A DNA stretch of 63,250 nucleotides, counting the filler, from Chiloscyllium plagiosum (taxonomy: Eukaryota): the NCBI RefSeq assembly GCF_004010195.1. It is 4 parts of one record of this genome, joined end to end, with 100 filler letters (N's around TTAATTAATTAA, not from the genome) between each part and the next. Parts side by side here need not be neighbours in the genome. Positions count along the whole stretch, not along the records: positions 1 to 28,545 come from NC_057713.1; 3 more parts are not named here. The stretch is one strand, 5' to 3'. How positions within the stretch are numbered: position 1 is the first letter of the stretch; each line of letters opens with the position of its first letter. Of the stretch, positions 1-11,295 are shown piece after piece. The notes beneath the pieces were generated by a model that saw only the letters and a list, made by a program, of their open reading frames with translations, did not search any database and was not told the DNA's origin. The position numbers were made by a program, and so were the translations under genes.

Positions 1-259
1 AGAAACTTCTTCATCCAGAGAGTGGTGGCTGTGTGGAATGCTCTGCCCCAGAGGGCAGTGGAGGCCCAATCTCTGGATTCATTTAAGAAAGAGTTGGATA
101 GAGCTCTCAAGGATAGTGGAATCAAGGGTTATGGAGATAAGGCAGGAACAGGATACTGATTGAGGATGATCAGCCATGATCATATTGAATGGTGGTGCAG
201 GCTCGAAGGGCAGAATGGCCTATTCCTGCACCTATTGTCTATTGTCTATTGTCTATTGT
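1..259 (+). mobile_element. CR1 LINE 3' end with (CTATTGT)n tail
   Basis: Encodes RNFFIQRVVAVWNALPQRAVEA (CR1 ORF2 C-terminus); CR1-type 3' UTR ending in CTATTGT tandem tail. Confidence 0.9.
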
Positions 260-537
260 CTCACAGCACCAGGGATCCAGGTTCAATTCCAGCCTCGGGT
301 GACTATCAATGTGGAGTTTGCACATTCTCCTCGTATCTGCGTGGGTTTCCTCCAGGTGCTCCGGTTTCCTCCCACAGTCCAAAGATGTGCAGGTCAGATG
401 GCCAGGCTAGGCTAAATTGCCCATAGTGTTAGCTGCATTAGTCAGAGGGAAATGGGACTGGATGGGTTACTCTTCAGAGGGTCGCTGTGGATTTAGTGGG
501 CCGAAGGGCCTCTTTCCACACTGTAGGGAATCTAATC
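260..537 (+). mobile_element. HE1-type (V-)SINE, 5'-truncated
   Basis: B box GGTTCAATTCC, V-domain GTGGAGTTTGCACATTCTCC..GGGTTTCCTCC, CR1-like tail GGGCCGAAGGGCC..CTAATC. Confidence 0.9.
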
Positions 538-997
538 AGACTGCTGCAGGTCATTTAGAAAGAATCTTTTTTAGGATCAGTTGTGTAACAAAAGACTCAT
601 ATTGCTGAACACCCATTGGTCGCACTGCTCCAAACATCTGGAGTTAGGTTCTGAATCAGCTGTAAAACACTGAGGGGCCACAACGCAGCATTGCAGCCAT
701 TAGTGAGGTAGCAATCTCTACTGTGACTGGACTCTAATTTGGTCATTAACTTTCAAACAGTTTTCTTGTTTTAAATATATAACTGAATGCTAATGACCAT
801 CTGGCCCTTGTTAAACGGCTTACTCTTTGTTAAACACCTGAAGTGTGTAAGCTTCCTCCAAAGCCATGCTGTTGGCACCAATAACAACAGCGACTGAGAT
901 CTCGCTCCCATTGGGGTGGCAGAAGGACCATTGCCACATAACTCTGGAGCGTTCTCTCCAACTGGCATTCAGTAAAAAGCTGGCTTTGGCACTTGCA

Positions 998-1141
998 GCT
1001 AAAGGTATCAAGGGGTATGGGGAGAGGATGGGAATGGGATACTGGGATTGCATGATCAGCTATGATCATATTGAATGGTGGTGCAGCGTCAAAGGGCTGA
1101 ATGGCCTACTCCTGCAGCTACTTTCTATGTTTCGATGTTTC
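998..1141 (+). mobile_element. CR1 3' UTR fragment
   Basis: Visibly similar to 120-250 (ATCAAGGGGTATGGGGAG..GATCATATTGAATGGTGG). Confidence 0.8.
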
Positions 1142-1144
1142 CAA

Positions 1145-1245
1145 ATGAGGAACAGAAAGTGGAAATACTCAACAGGTCAAACAGCATCTGTGGAGCGAGA
1201 AAAGCAGTTAAGGTTTCAGATCCAGGACTCTTCGTCAAAACTGAC
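1145..1245 (-). mobile_element. Degenerate Penelope-like terminal repeat (family C)
   Basis: AAATACTCAACAGGTCAAACAGCATCTGTGGAG resembles 21795-21891; minus strand retains a decayed hammerhead (TTGACGAAGA..TCTGAAACCTTAAC). Confidence 0.55.
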
Positions 1246-1367
1246 AAAATGTTTGAGATGTAATGGATCTTAAGTATGTGAAACGGGACCAGGTTTTCTA
1301 TGTTTAACAAGAGCTATTATTCATTGCACATAAGTAGATTCTAACCACAAGTAAATAATTATGAACT

Positions 1368-1560
1368 GTCATAGAGATCTATAGAAAAAGGCCCTTTGGC
1401 CCATCGAGTCTGTGCTGGTCAGAAACAACCACCTAACTAATCCCATTTGCTAGCACTTGGCCCATAGCTCTGTATGCCTTGGCATCGCAAGTGCACATCT
1501 AAATATTTGTTCAATGTTACGACAGTTTCTGCATCTACCACCCTCACAAGCAGAGTTTAA
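1368..1560 (-). mobile_element. CR1 3' end fragment
   Basis: GTCATAGAG..GGCCCTTTGGCCCATCGAGTC is the reverse complement of a CR1 3' UTR; similar to 62660-63080. Confidence 0.7.
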
Positions 1561-1734
1561 AACCATTGTTGTGCCTTGCACATTTACTCTTATATCTAGC
1601 AAAAGGACGGTGAGTCGACTCTTAATAATACTAAATATTGATACGTATTTATTTAACCCAATTAATACAATAACACAAAATACACCATAAGCTAACTATT
1701 TGCTCTCCAAATGCTTTAACGTAACTCTAGATGA

Positions 1735-2470
1735 TGTTACAACACTTAGTAAACCCCTCTGCTAATTTACACCAGCCAGGCAGAAAAAGTTTATCTCACA
1801 CCATAATCTGTTAACACTGGAGAGGCAAAGAACTACCCCAGAGTTCATCATTTAAAGTAAAAATTAACAATTTTATTCTTTAAGTCTAACAGAGAATACT
1901 AAAACCAACAATCATTTACAACTCCTTTCTCTTAAACCTATCTTTTATCTACCACTCGACAATACTGGTCTGATAAAAAACCCTGATTAAGATTTTTTTT
2001 TAAATCATGTTTCAAAAATCAGTCAGCTTCGTCAATTCTCCTTTGTAGATTTTCCTCTGTAGATTAGTTTTGATGTTCTGCTGCACAAACTTATAAATGT
2101 TTCAGAGAGCTGTTCTGCTGGCAGTCTGTACTTGGTGGCTTGGCAGTTCTCCCCCTAACTGTTCAAAATGTCCAGCTTTATACCCCAAAACATCAGATCA
2201 TTTCATTGGTTTTAATATTATCAAAATACTAAGTTCAAATTTGATTGGATTTTGTTATCTTGGGGCATAATTTAAACTGATTGGCCTAATTTGAATTTGG
2301 TTTTGTTTCATGGCAACTTAGCTGCAGCTATTTGTTTCCCAAGCGTTACATTGTAACTTTGTTCAGGACTGTCTGTAACTGACATTGTAACTTTGTCAGC
2401 CCTTGCGAGCTTTTCAACTCCCTTAAAGGTACAGTACACCTCGATACCTTCATATCACCACCCCCCTTAA
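1735..2470 (-). mobile_element. LTR (TG..CA, 1735-2460) with adjacent polypurine tract
   Basis: Minus strand reads AAGGGGGG then TGGTGATATGAAGG..TGTACCTTTAAGGGAG..GTGTTGTAACA; start resembles 37492 TGTTATGAAG..TGTACCTTTAAGAGAG. Confidence 0.6.
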
Positions 2471-2600
2471 GAAAAAATGAATCATCATAATGAAAAAATG
2501 GTTTCTTTTTTTTCTCTATTTCTTAACCACATTCCCATGACATACATATGACTTTAACCTAAGTTCATATTAACTTCTTCCCTATATATAGGGAGTATAA

Positions 2601-2752
2601 GAATCGCTGTAACACACATGATAAATTATAGATAAAATTGGTATCTATAAATATATATTTTATATATAAATATATATATATATAAAATATATAATATATA
2701 TTTATAGATACCAATCTTATCTATAATTTATCATGTGTGTTACAGGCGATTC
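2601..2752. repeat. AT-rich palindrome with (TA)-rich core
   Basis: GAATCGCTGTAACACACATGATAAATTATAGATAAAATTGGTATCTATAAATATATA is mirrored at about 2695-2752 with one mismatch and one indel. Confidence 0.9.
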
Positions 2753-2810
2753 ATCAATCAGGTTCGATCACCCTTATCGATTGGACTCAACCAGGCATTG
2801 GCATGTTGCG

Positions 2811-2999
2811 AGGTAAAAACAATGACTGCAGATGCTGGAAACCAGATTCTGGATCAGTGGTGCTGGAAGAGCACAGCAATTCAGGCAGCATCCGAGGACA
2901 GGCAAAATCGACGTTTCGGGCAAAAGCCCTTCATCAGGAATAATGATGAAGGGCTTTTGCCCGAAACGTCGATTTTGCCTGTCCTCGGATGCTGCCTGA
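2811..2999 (-). mobile_element. Fold-back Penelope-like mini-element (family A) with 14-bp TSD
   Basis: Inverted arms around about 2941; direct repeat ATTGGCATGTTGCG at 2797-2810 and 3000-3013. Confidence 0.85.
2906..2941 (-). ncRNA. Minimal type-I hammerhead ribozyme motif (family A)
   Basis: Minus strand AUUC-CUGAUGA-A-GGGC-UUUU-GCCC-GAAA-CGUC-GAUU. Confidence 0.75.
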
Positions 3000-4482
3000 A
3001 TTGGCATGTTGCGGGCAGGGTTGTCCTTAGGTCTCTATTCCTGAAGATGCTGGGCACACATAGGTCCCTCCAAAAAAGGGTGTGAAGTGCCCCTATGTCT
3101 GGTACACAGCTCGTTGTTTCTGACGACATTCCATTGACTCCATTCAAATCCAAATTTGGGTGTGTTTGCAGGGGGTCTGCAGCTATCTGGTTTGTTTACA
3201 CACTGTCTGTTAGTAACTGCAACCTGTCTGGATTCTGCAGCTTGTCGATTAGCACAGTCAATTTAGTCAAGGCTGGGTTCCATTTTCAAGCATGCTTTTG
3301 TCCATCCTTTATAACTCCATGACAAATTCATCATTTTCCATCATAAGTTCATTATTTTGAGCAACTCGTCTGGCCATAAACTCTTTCTAAATCTCACATA
3401 CACACAAATACAGACAACGACAGACAGAGAAAAAAATATCAATATGGTGGGTGAAGGGAAATTCTACCAGGTTAAATTTCAATGGCACCAGTCCTCAGGA
3501 TTCAACGGAGTGTTCCTTTTGCATTCGCCCGTTGGTTCTCTGATCTTTTCCTTGAGGCTCTTTATCCTCTTCAAGGAAGGTGCAGAGTAACTGATCCATA
3601 AATTATATAGTATTTGATTTATTGGGTAAAAGCAACAGCTTCTAGCAACTCCTAGTTGAAAATAAACTGGCCTTCTTTTGACTTTAGCTATTTAACTGGA
3701 GAGAGACACACACACCATCTGACCTTTCAACAGTTCTCTACAACTATTGTTCACATCCACAAGCTGTGCAGCTACACAAGAGCCAGTCAGGTAGTTGCTG
3801 TCAGGTCATTGGCCTTTGGCAGCCGCAAGCAGACAGAAATCTACAAACCAATCAACAACTTGCTGTTGGCCAAAGCTCACATTGTATATGGGACCCCCAA
3901 CCCTTGACCTATTCCCCTCACACTGCCAGAGTCAGCCCAACTACAAACATACTTCCTCAACGCTTGAACAAAACCCCAGTGTAAACATCACACACAGTTT
4001 GAGCTTTCAGTAGCTTGTTTTTTTCAGAAGTGTAACAATTCCTTCCCCTGTTCTTTACTGTAAGAATGCCATTTTCCCAGGTCAATGCACACTCAAAACA
4101 ACAGAAAATAAAATGGAGTGGTCTTTGTTTGCATCTCATCCTTAGAAGATAAAACATCATTTCAAACAATGCATTTCATCATGAGATAAATGACACACAA
4201 ACAACAAGGGAATGAAATGCTTACATTCTTCTATCCATTTAACTTACTTTATCATTTTACACTCGGGACAATTACAACACAGAATTTTAAAGCCTCCTTT
4301 TCTCCTGTAGCACACTGGCTCTCTTACTGTTTTAGTTTCTTAGAGGAGTATCCCACTGGCCTCTGCACTCTTGACCTAGCATCCTGTAACAAGACTGCAC
4401 TTGCCTCCAAGTTGTGACAATACTATGGCTTTAAGAGGTCAATTTTGCTCTTTTTTTTAAAAGAAAGGTTTTTAGACACAGG

Positions 4483-5363
4483 TGATACGATGTTTATTGA
4501 AAACTTGTAAAATAAATAGCTTGTGAGGCTTTGGGGTTCTTTTGTTAAAGCTGGAACAATAGAAGCACCCTGAATGGGTGTGGTCAAGCTCCCACAGAAG
4601 CAAAGATTTTAGTTTCTTAGTTTTCAGTAGCAGTTGTTGCTGGGTCTGTTGCTGCAGTACACCTCTCCTCCGATACTGTCTCTGCGTTCTCTTGATGTTT
4701 CACCTCCTGGCTGCTGGAGTTGCATGTGAGACAATCTGTTTTCTGAATTTGCATTTTGTCAAGAGTGTGTTTATGGGATGTTGCTATATTTAATTTTTTT
4801 TTGAGGAGACTCTGAATCTCCTGATCATTTTTTTGTCTTTCTTTTCAAACCTTTCTCCCACACTACTGACTAACAGTGATGGTGCTTAAATATTTCCCCA
4901 GCACCCATGTGCAAGTGTGAGACACAGTGAAACAAAGGTATACAAATCTTTATTCAATTCCCACCACCAGGAGGAAATGAAATACCCAAGTGGCCAGTGA
5001 CAAGCAGTGTCCTTCTCAGAGGGCAATGCTGTGTGATCAAACAGTAAAGGGGAGGGCAGTGGTTAAATCAAATGGGATGCTACTATATTGGAACAGTTAA
5101 TTAGCAGTAGGTATTGTATCTATTATTTTGTTTAGTATTTCCAATAGAGTTAAGCTGAGCCAATTCTTTTCTGCATTTTGTCTGTTGCTGTTTTTTTAAC
5201 AATCTTGTATGAATAATCTGTGTTTTGTTTAACATTGAATAGTTTGAACAATTTAAATACACCTGGAACACAACACCTTGCATTTACTTTTAAAATAAGA
5301 AAACTTTAGAGTCTAGGCTAACGTCTTAATATATTTTGAGGGGGTCTGGTCTGGTCCATTACT
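4483..5363 (+). mobile_element. Degenerate solo LTR, interrupted by a retroposed insert at 4791-5071
   Basis: 3' end GTCTAGGCTAAC..TTTTGAGGGGGTCTGGTCTGGTCCATTAC matches the end of the LTR at 10316-10963. Confidence 0.55.
4791..5071 (-). mobile_element. Retroposed poly(A)-tailed fragment (L1/Tx1-type 3' UTR) with 18-bp TSD
   Basis: T-run at about 4794-4802; minus-strand AATAAA; TSD ATGGGATGTTGCTATATT (4773-4790) / ATGGGATGCTACTATATT (5072-5089). Confidence 0.7.
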
Positions 5364-5559
5364 AAGTCTTCAGCATTGGTTGGTTAAATATGTAAGTTAA
5401 TATATGTGTTGGTGGGAGCTGTTGACATCTTGGCCGCAATTTTTAACCTAGCTTGCTCAGGCAAATTGAGAGAGCCTTAGATCATTAGCTCATTTACATA
5501 GAACATTTGACAGAACAACAGATCATTTGTCCCAAGTAGTCTGTAATTGTTTCACTTTT

Positions 5560-5681
5560 GGGTGGCACCGTGGCTCACAGCGCCAGAGACCCGGGTTCAA
5601 TTCCCGCCTCAGGCGACTGACTGTGTGGAGTTTGCACATTCTCCCTGTGTCTGCGTGGGTTTCCTCTGGATGCTCCGGTTC
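5560..5681 (+). mobile_element. HE1-type SINE fragment
   Basis: CTCACAGCGCCAGAGACCCGGGTTCAATTCCCGCCTCAGGCGACTGACTGTGTGGAGTTTGCAC. Confidence 0.9.
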
Positions 5682-5835
5682 CTTCTCAACCTCTCCCTGC
5701 GCCTAAAGTTTGGTGACCATCACCTTGATACACCACGAGCCACATCTCTTCAATTCAAAAGACTATTGCAATACCACCTTTATTTTCTCTCTGTCATACC
5801 CTTATCATCTGGCACACTTGTTCCTCCTCATTCTC

Positions 5836-6017
5836 AGAGTCAAAACGTGTGGCACTGGAAACGCACAGCAGGTCAGGCAGCATCCAAGGAGCAGGAGAGT
5901 CGATGTTTCAGGCATGAGCCCTTCATCAGGAATGGGGGCTTATGCCCAAAATGTTGACTCACCTGCTCTTCAGGATTTGCCTCTAACCCTCCAGCATCTG
6001 CAGTCCTCAACTTTCTT
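5836..6017. mobile_element. Degenerate fold-back Penelope-like mini-element (family A)
   Basis: CACAGCAGGTCAGGCAGCATCC..GCCCTTCATCAGGAAT, then an inverted arm ending CTCCAGCATCTGCAGTCCTCA. Confidence 0.7.
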
Positions 6018-6039
6018 CTTCTTATTCTCGTCCCTACCT

Positions 6040-6515
6040 TTTCAACAAATTATGGAACTAAACTGATTGTTTTTTCTCTGATCAGGAGTGTTTATCAGAT
6101 AAATCACTCTGCTAACTCTCCTGCCTATTTTAGATGTACCACTACATCTCCCTTTCAGAGGTTCATCTTGTAAAGACAACAATCCCAGCATGTTATCACC
6201 TGCTTGAAGCATTCCAGTTGCTGAATATTTATCAGCCTTTCCTTTCATTTTCACCTGAGAAATTTGCAAAAACTCTTTTCCCACCTTTCCTGCTCCTGTG
6301 AGTCTTTCTAGAAACATCATCCAACATTGAGGATTTGCCCTTCTGTTTTAAGCCTAATCTCATGGCCATAAACCAATTCAAATACTCTAAACCCAGTAGA
6401 CTCATTTGGAGAATCTCTGTTGTCAACTAAAAGGAAATGTGATCCTTTGTCCCAAATCTGTGGGTATTCTTGACTATCTCCCATAATTGTTGTTTGGAAA
6501 GTCTGATGATATCTA
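6040..6515 (-). mobile_element. Gypsy (Ty3) integrase C-terminal remnant
   Basis: HQTFQT..WDKGSHFLL..DSPNESTGFRVFELVYGHEIR, then KMKGKADK..AGDNMLGLL..PLKGRCSG..YLINTPDQRK (integrase core end plus GPY/F region); frameshifted. Confidence 0.8.
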
Positions 6516-7289
6516 TCCTTGTGTCGCACACACAGTTGTCTTATACTCACACTCAAACACAATCAGAAGTACAGGAAATAAAATGATGTAACATTTACAG
6601 AAGACAGGAGTGATTAAGTTCTGAAAGGATTGGTGCAAGAGCACAATGGGAGAGGTGAAGGTGGGAGAGATGGGTCTTGGGGAATGTGCCTGTCGCAATG
6701 ATGAATGCGATGGCTTGAAAGCAAAAAAAAGGAAAGGAATACAAGAGAATAAAATCAAAACACACAGAGAGAGCAGACACCAACTGGGGGAGAGGTTACG
6801 ATCTGAAATTGTTGAACTGATTGTTAATTCTGGAAGACTGTGAGGCTGATATCCCTTGAACTAGTAATGAACCTCATTGTATCACGTCTTAGTGGGTTAT
6901 TGCGCTGGAAATCAAGGCTCCATTCCACAGTCATCACAATGTGAAAAAGATGAAGTAATCACTGAAATTTAACCAAATTGACTCATTCAGGTTAAAGGAA
7001 TATGCAAAGCACGTTTTTATTAGCAACAAGAAAATCGCCTTTTATTGTATTCAAACTGTTTTTAATCGATGAGAAGAAAAAAATGAATTGCTTACATATA
7101 GGAGCCTCAGTTTAGAACAGTATCTTTCCCAATTCATCTCATTTGCAGTCTGTAAGTTATAACTGGGAAAGTATAAGAGGAGAGGGACAGCAAGATTAGT
7201 GTTGGAGCAGGATGGATTAATGAAAAGGCAAGTCTCAGGAAGTTTGGCATTACATGGCCTTGTGGAGGGAGCAGTTGTCTTGGCATCGG

Positions 7290-8600
7290 GGTGTGGCAGC
7301 AGCTGAGAGTGGTGAGGCTGGCTGTTGACTGGCCTGGTCTGGAGTGAAGTGGCCGGCAGTCTGTGGGCCCAGAGTGAAGCAGTCTCACAAACTTGATTGA
7401 GTTTTTTGAAAAAGTAACAAAGAGGATTGATGAGGGCAGAGTGCTAGATGTGATCTATATGGACTTCAGTAAAGTGTTCGACATGGTTCCCCATGGGAGA
7501 CTGATGAGCAAGGTTAGATCTCATGGAATACAGGGAGAACTAGCCATTTGGATACAGAACTGGCTCAAAGGTAGAAGACAGAGGGTGATGGTGGAGGGTT
7601 GTTTTTCAGACTGGAGGCCTGTGACCAGTGGAGTGGCACAAAGATCGGTGCTGGGTCCTCTACTTTTTGTCATTTACATAAATGATTTGGATGCGAGCAT
7701 AAGAGGCACAGTTAGTAAGTTTGCAGATGACACCAAATTTGGAGGTGTAGTGGACAGTGAAGAAGGTTACCTCAGAATACAACAGGATCTTGATCAGATG
7801 GGCCAATGGGCTGAGAANNNNNNNNNNNNNNNNNNNNNNNNNNNNNNNNNNNNNNNNNNNNNNNNNNNNNNNNNNNNNNNNNNNNNNNNNNNNNNNNNNN
7901 NNNNNNNNNNNNNNNNNNNNNNNNNNNNNNNNNNNNNNNNNNNNNNNNNNNNNNNNNNNNNNNNNNNNNNNNNNNNNNNNNNNNNNNNNNNNNNNNNNNN
8001 NNNNNNNNNNNNNNNNNNNNNNNNNNNNNNNNNNNNNNNNNNNNNNNNNNNNNNNNNNNNNNNNNNNNNNNNNNNNNNNNNNNNNNNNNNNNNNNNNNNN
8101 NNNNNNNNNNNNNNNNNNNNNNNNNNNNNNNNNNNNNNNNNNNNNNNNNNNNNNNNNNNNNNNNNNNNNNNNNNNNNNNNNNNNNNNNNNNNNNNNNNNN
8201 NNNNNNNNNNNNNNNNNNNNNNNNNNNNNNNNNNNNNNNNNNNNNNNNNNNNNNNNNNNNNNNNNNNNNNNNNNNNNNNNAAGAGGCATTTGGATGGGTA
8301 TATGAATAGGAAGGGTTTGGAGGGATATGGGCCCAGTGCTGGCAGGTGGGACTAGATTGAGTTGGGATGTCTGGTCGGCATGGACAGGTTGGACCAAAGG
8401 GTCTATTTCCATGCTGTACATCTCTATGATTCTATGACTCTATGACCAGCGGTCTGTGGGCCTGGACTGGAGTGAAGCGGCCAGCAGTCTGTGGGCCTGG
8501 AGTGATGTGACCAGCGGCCTTTGGATCGGGATTGGAGTGGCCAGTGGTGTGTGTGTCAGACTGGAGTGGAGTGGTCGGTGGATTTTGGCCCGGAGTGGTC
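7290..8600 (+). repeat. About 32-bp GC-rich minisatellite (GGCCTGGACTGGAGTGAAGCGGCCAGCAGTCTGTG-like), split by the CR1 insertion
   Basis: Units visible at 7320-7385 and 8450-8600. Confidence 0.65.
7386..8446 (+). mobile_element. CR1 ORF2 RT fragment and 3' end, spanning N gap 7818-8280
   Basis: LIEFFEKVT..DVIYMDFSK..SVLGPLLFVIYINDLD..SKFADDTK; tail (CTCTATGA)n. Confidence 0.92.
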
Positions 8601-9279
8601 CGTCGCTCTCGATGGCACTGAGCTACACAACAGAGAATGAGACCACATGTGGAATGTCTCCAGTATGGAACGCTTGCACGCTACAGAAGGACTGTCATGT
8701 TTATCTTTTAACTTCACTTCTTAGTTTTCCTAATTTATACTGTGAAGAACTGTAACACAACCTTTAGCATTTTAAAAAAATTTCTCTATTTTTGTATCAA
8801 ATCTACTTTATTACCTAAGATTTGTAACTGGATACTTTCTATCCAAGATGGAGCTGTGTATGGCAACATTGACTATATTCCACTGTACTCCTATAGTTTT
8901 GTATTTGAGTACACATGATAGTAAAACCTCATTCTAATTCCAAATCATTTCCAGAATGAATACAGGGGCTCCACAAAATGACCATCCAGTCTGTGTTTAG
9001 TCCTCACTGTGCAGTGGAGACCATTTCATTAACGGTGAATAAATTATACTCACCTGAAAGGCTGAGAAGAGTGTCAGAGACCACATTTCCTGTCTTTTAT
9101 GTGATGATAAACTGGAATGGAGGTGGGCCTGCTCTGCAGCTGAATTGCCATGCTTTGCAACTTGAAAATCATGTACCGCACATTTTAAGTTGAGACAGAA
9201 ATGTTGGTTTTTGAAGCAGTCAGGGGTGAATTTGACACGGAGCAGCACTGAAAGTTGATAGAACTCATTCATAAAATCC

Positions 9280-9530
9280 CTACAGTGTGGCAACAGACCC
9301 TACGGGCCAACAAGCCCACACTGATCCTCCGAAGAATAACACACCCAGAGCCATTCCCCTACCGTATTACTCTACATTTACCCCTGACTAATGCACCTAA
9401 CCTACACATCCTTGAACACTATGGCCAATTTAGCATGACCAATTCACCTAACCTGCACATCCCTGAACACTATGGCTATTTTAGCATGGCCTGGTCACTT
9501 AACCTGCACATCTTTGGATTGTGGGAGGTT
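9280..9530 (-). mobile_element. HE1-type SINE with internal 51-bp tandem triplication
   Basis: CACCTAACCT(A/G)CACATC-like motif at 9394, 9445 and 9496. Confidence 0.8.
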
Positions 9531-9619
9531 CTTCGAGTTAAGGGTGTTTTGTCTGATGACAGCCCTCTGATTGTTTGAGACAGAGTGTTAGAAGTTGTAA
9601 GAGACAGAACCAAGGCTGT

Positions 9620-10242
9620 ATCAGGATTCACCTGCACCTCCACCCACATCATCTACTGCATCCGCTGCAGCCGGTGTGGCCTCCTCTATATTGGGGAGAC
9701 AGGCCGCCTACTTGCGGAGCGATTCAGAGAGCACCCCTGGGCCACCCGGACGAACCAACCCAACCAACCTGTAGCACACCATTTCAACTCCCCCTCCCAC
9801 TCCACCGAGGATATACAGGTCATTGGACTCATCCACCGCCAAACCACAACAACCCGACAGTCGGAGGAGGAGCGTCTTATCTTCCGACTGGGAACCCTCC
9901 AACCACAGGGGATGAACTTGGACTTCACCAGTTTCTTCATCCCCCCTCCCCCCACCTTGTCTCAGCCGAATCCCTCCAGCCCGGCACCGCCTTCCTGACC
10001 TACAGTCTTCTTCTTGACCTCTCCGCCTCCACCCTACTCCGACCTATCACCCTCACCTTGACCTCTTTCCACCTATCACATTTCCAACGCCCCTCCTCCA
10101 AGCCCCTCCTCCCTACCTTTTATCTTCTCCTGCTGAACACTCTCTGCTCATTCCTGAAGAAGGGCCTGTGCCCGAAACGTCGAATCTCCTGTTCCCTGGA
10201 TGCTGCCTGACCTGCTGTGCTGTTCCAGCAATAAAGTTTCAG
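9620..10242 (+). mobile_element. Penelope-like element 3' part: GIY-YIG endonuclease plus terminal repeat
   Basis: HIIYCIRCSRCGLLYIGETGRLLAERFREH..VAHHFN..EERLIFRLGTLQPQGMN; followed by the hammerhead-bearing terminal repeat. Confidence 0.92.
10150..10185 (+). ncRNA. Minimal type-I hammerhead ribozyme motif (family A, intact)
   Basis: AUUC-CUGAAGA-A-GGGC-CUGU-GCCC-GAAA-CGUC-GAAU; helix I AUUC/GAAU fully paired. Confidence 0.8.
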
Positions 10243-10315
10243 CAGTTATACAGGGCCTTGGTGAGGCCGCACCTGGAGAATTTAAGCCTGAGCTAGACAT
10301 ATTTTTAATCAGTAA

Positions 10316-10598
10316 TGTGATGAAGCTGCTCCTTTAACTAAATTATGCTGTCCTTGGCATTTTTTATTTAGAGAGGTCGTAAACGAAGCAGATCATGAAA
10401 AGTCTGGGGGTTGAAGGGTATCAGGGCCAATTTGATAATAGCTAACAGAAACTCCCTCAGGCAGAAGGCTTTCAAGTTTAAAAAAAAGCACTTGTAAAAT
10501 GAAAGGTGTATGGCCAGTTCTCCCAGCTCAGCTTTTCTCTGGTTCTGCTTTTCTGCAGTAATGGAAAAGATGCTAGACACAGAAGCAGGTCCAGGCTA

Positions 10599-10634
<36 letters not shown>

Positions 10635-10963
10635 TTCTCTCCTGTAAGACCCTGTGTTTGATTTTACCTTTTGTGCCAAGGGGTCGTAATGATGATTGTT
10701 GCAAGAATTTGGAACAGCATGATTAAGTTGGGATAATCTGTTGGGTTTTCAGATCGGATAAGTTATTCCGTATTCTCTTTTCTGTTGTTTGTGTTTCATT
10801 CAGTAATCCTATAAATAAATTCAGTTTTGTTCAAAACTAAGTGGTTTGACCAACTGATTCTCTCCTGTAATATCCACTTCACATCTGCTTAAAACAACCG
10901 GCAAAGTTAGGGTCTGGGCTACCTTCTTGAAATGTTTTGAGGTGTCTGGCCTGGCCCATAACA
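10316..10963 (+). mobile_element. Solo LTR (648 bp) with 4-bp TSD, inserted in a CR1 3' end
   Basis: TGTGATG..CATAACA termini; TSD GTAA at 10312-10315 and 10964-10967; internal (CT)n at 10602-10630 and AATAAA near 10815. Confidence 0.85.
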
Positions 10964-11098
10964 GTAAGGGAATCAAGGATTATGGGGAAAAGGCAGACAA
11001 GTGGAGATGGGGATTATCCGATCAGCCATGATCTCATTGACTGGTAGAGAAAACTCAATGGGCTGAATGGCCTCCCTAACTCTGCTCCTACATCTTAT

Positions 11099-11295
11099 GG
11101 GCAAAAGTGAGGCCTGCAGATGCTGGAGATTACAGTCGAGAGTGTGGTGCTGGAAAAACACAGCAGGTCAGGCAGCATCCGAGGAGCAGGAGAATCAATT
11201 CCTGGTGAAGGGCCATTGCCCGAAACATCAATTCTCCTGCTCCTCAGATGCTGCCTGACCTGTTGTGCTTTTCCAGCACCACACTCTTGACTCCG
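11099..11295. mobile_element. Fold-back Penelope-like mini-element (family A) with 9-bp TSD
   Basis: Inverted arms meet at 11196-11198; TSD ACATCTTAT at 11090-11098 and 11296-11304. Confidence 0.8.

Noticed and set aside
7393..8421. Long ORFs spanning N runs (also 18620-19035 and 38396-39090)
   Set aside because: Their length comes from translating Ns; the real parts are CR1, SINE or Penelope fragments.
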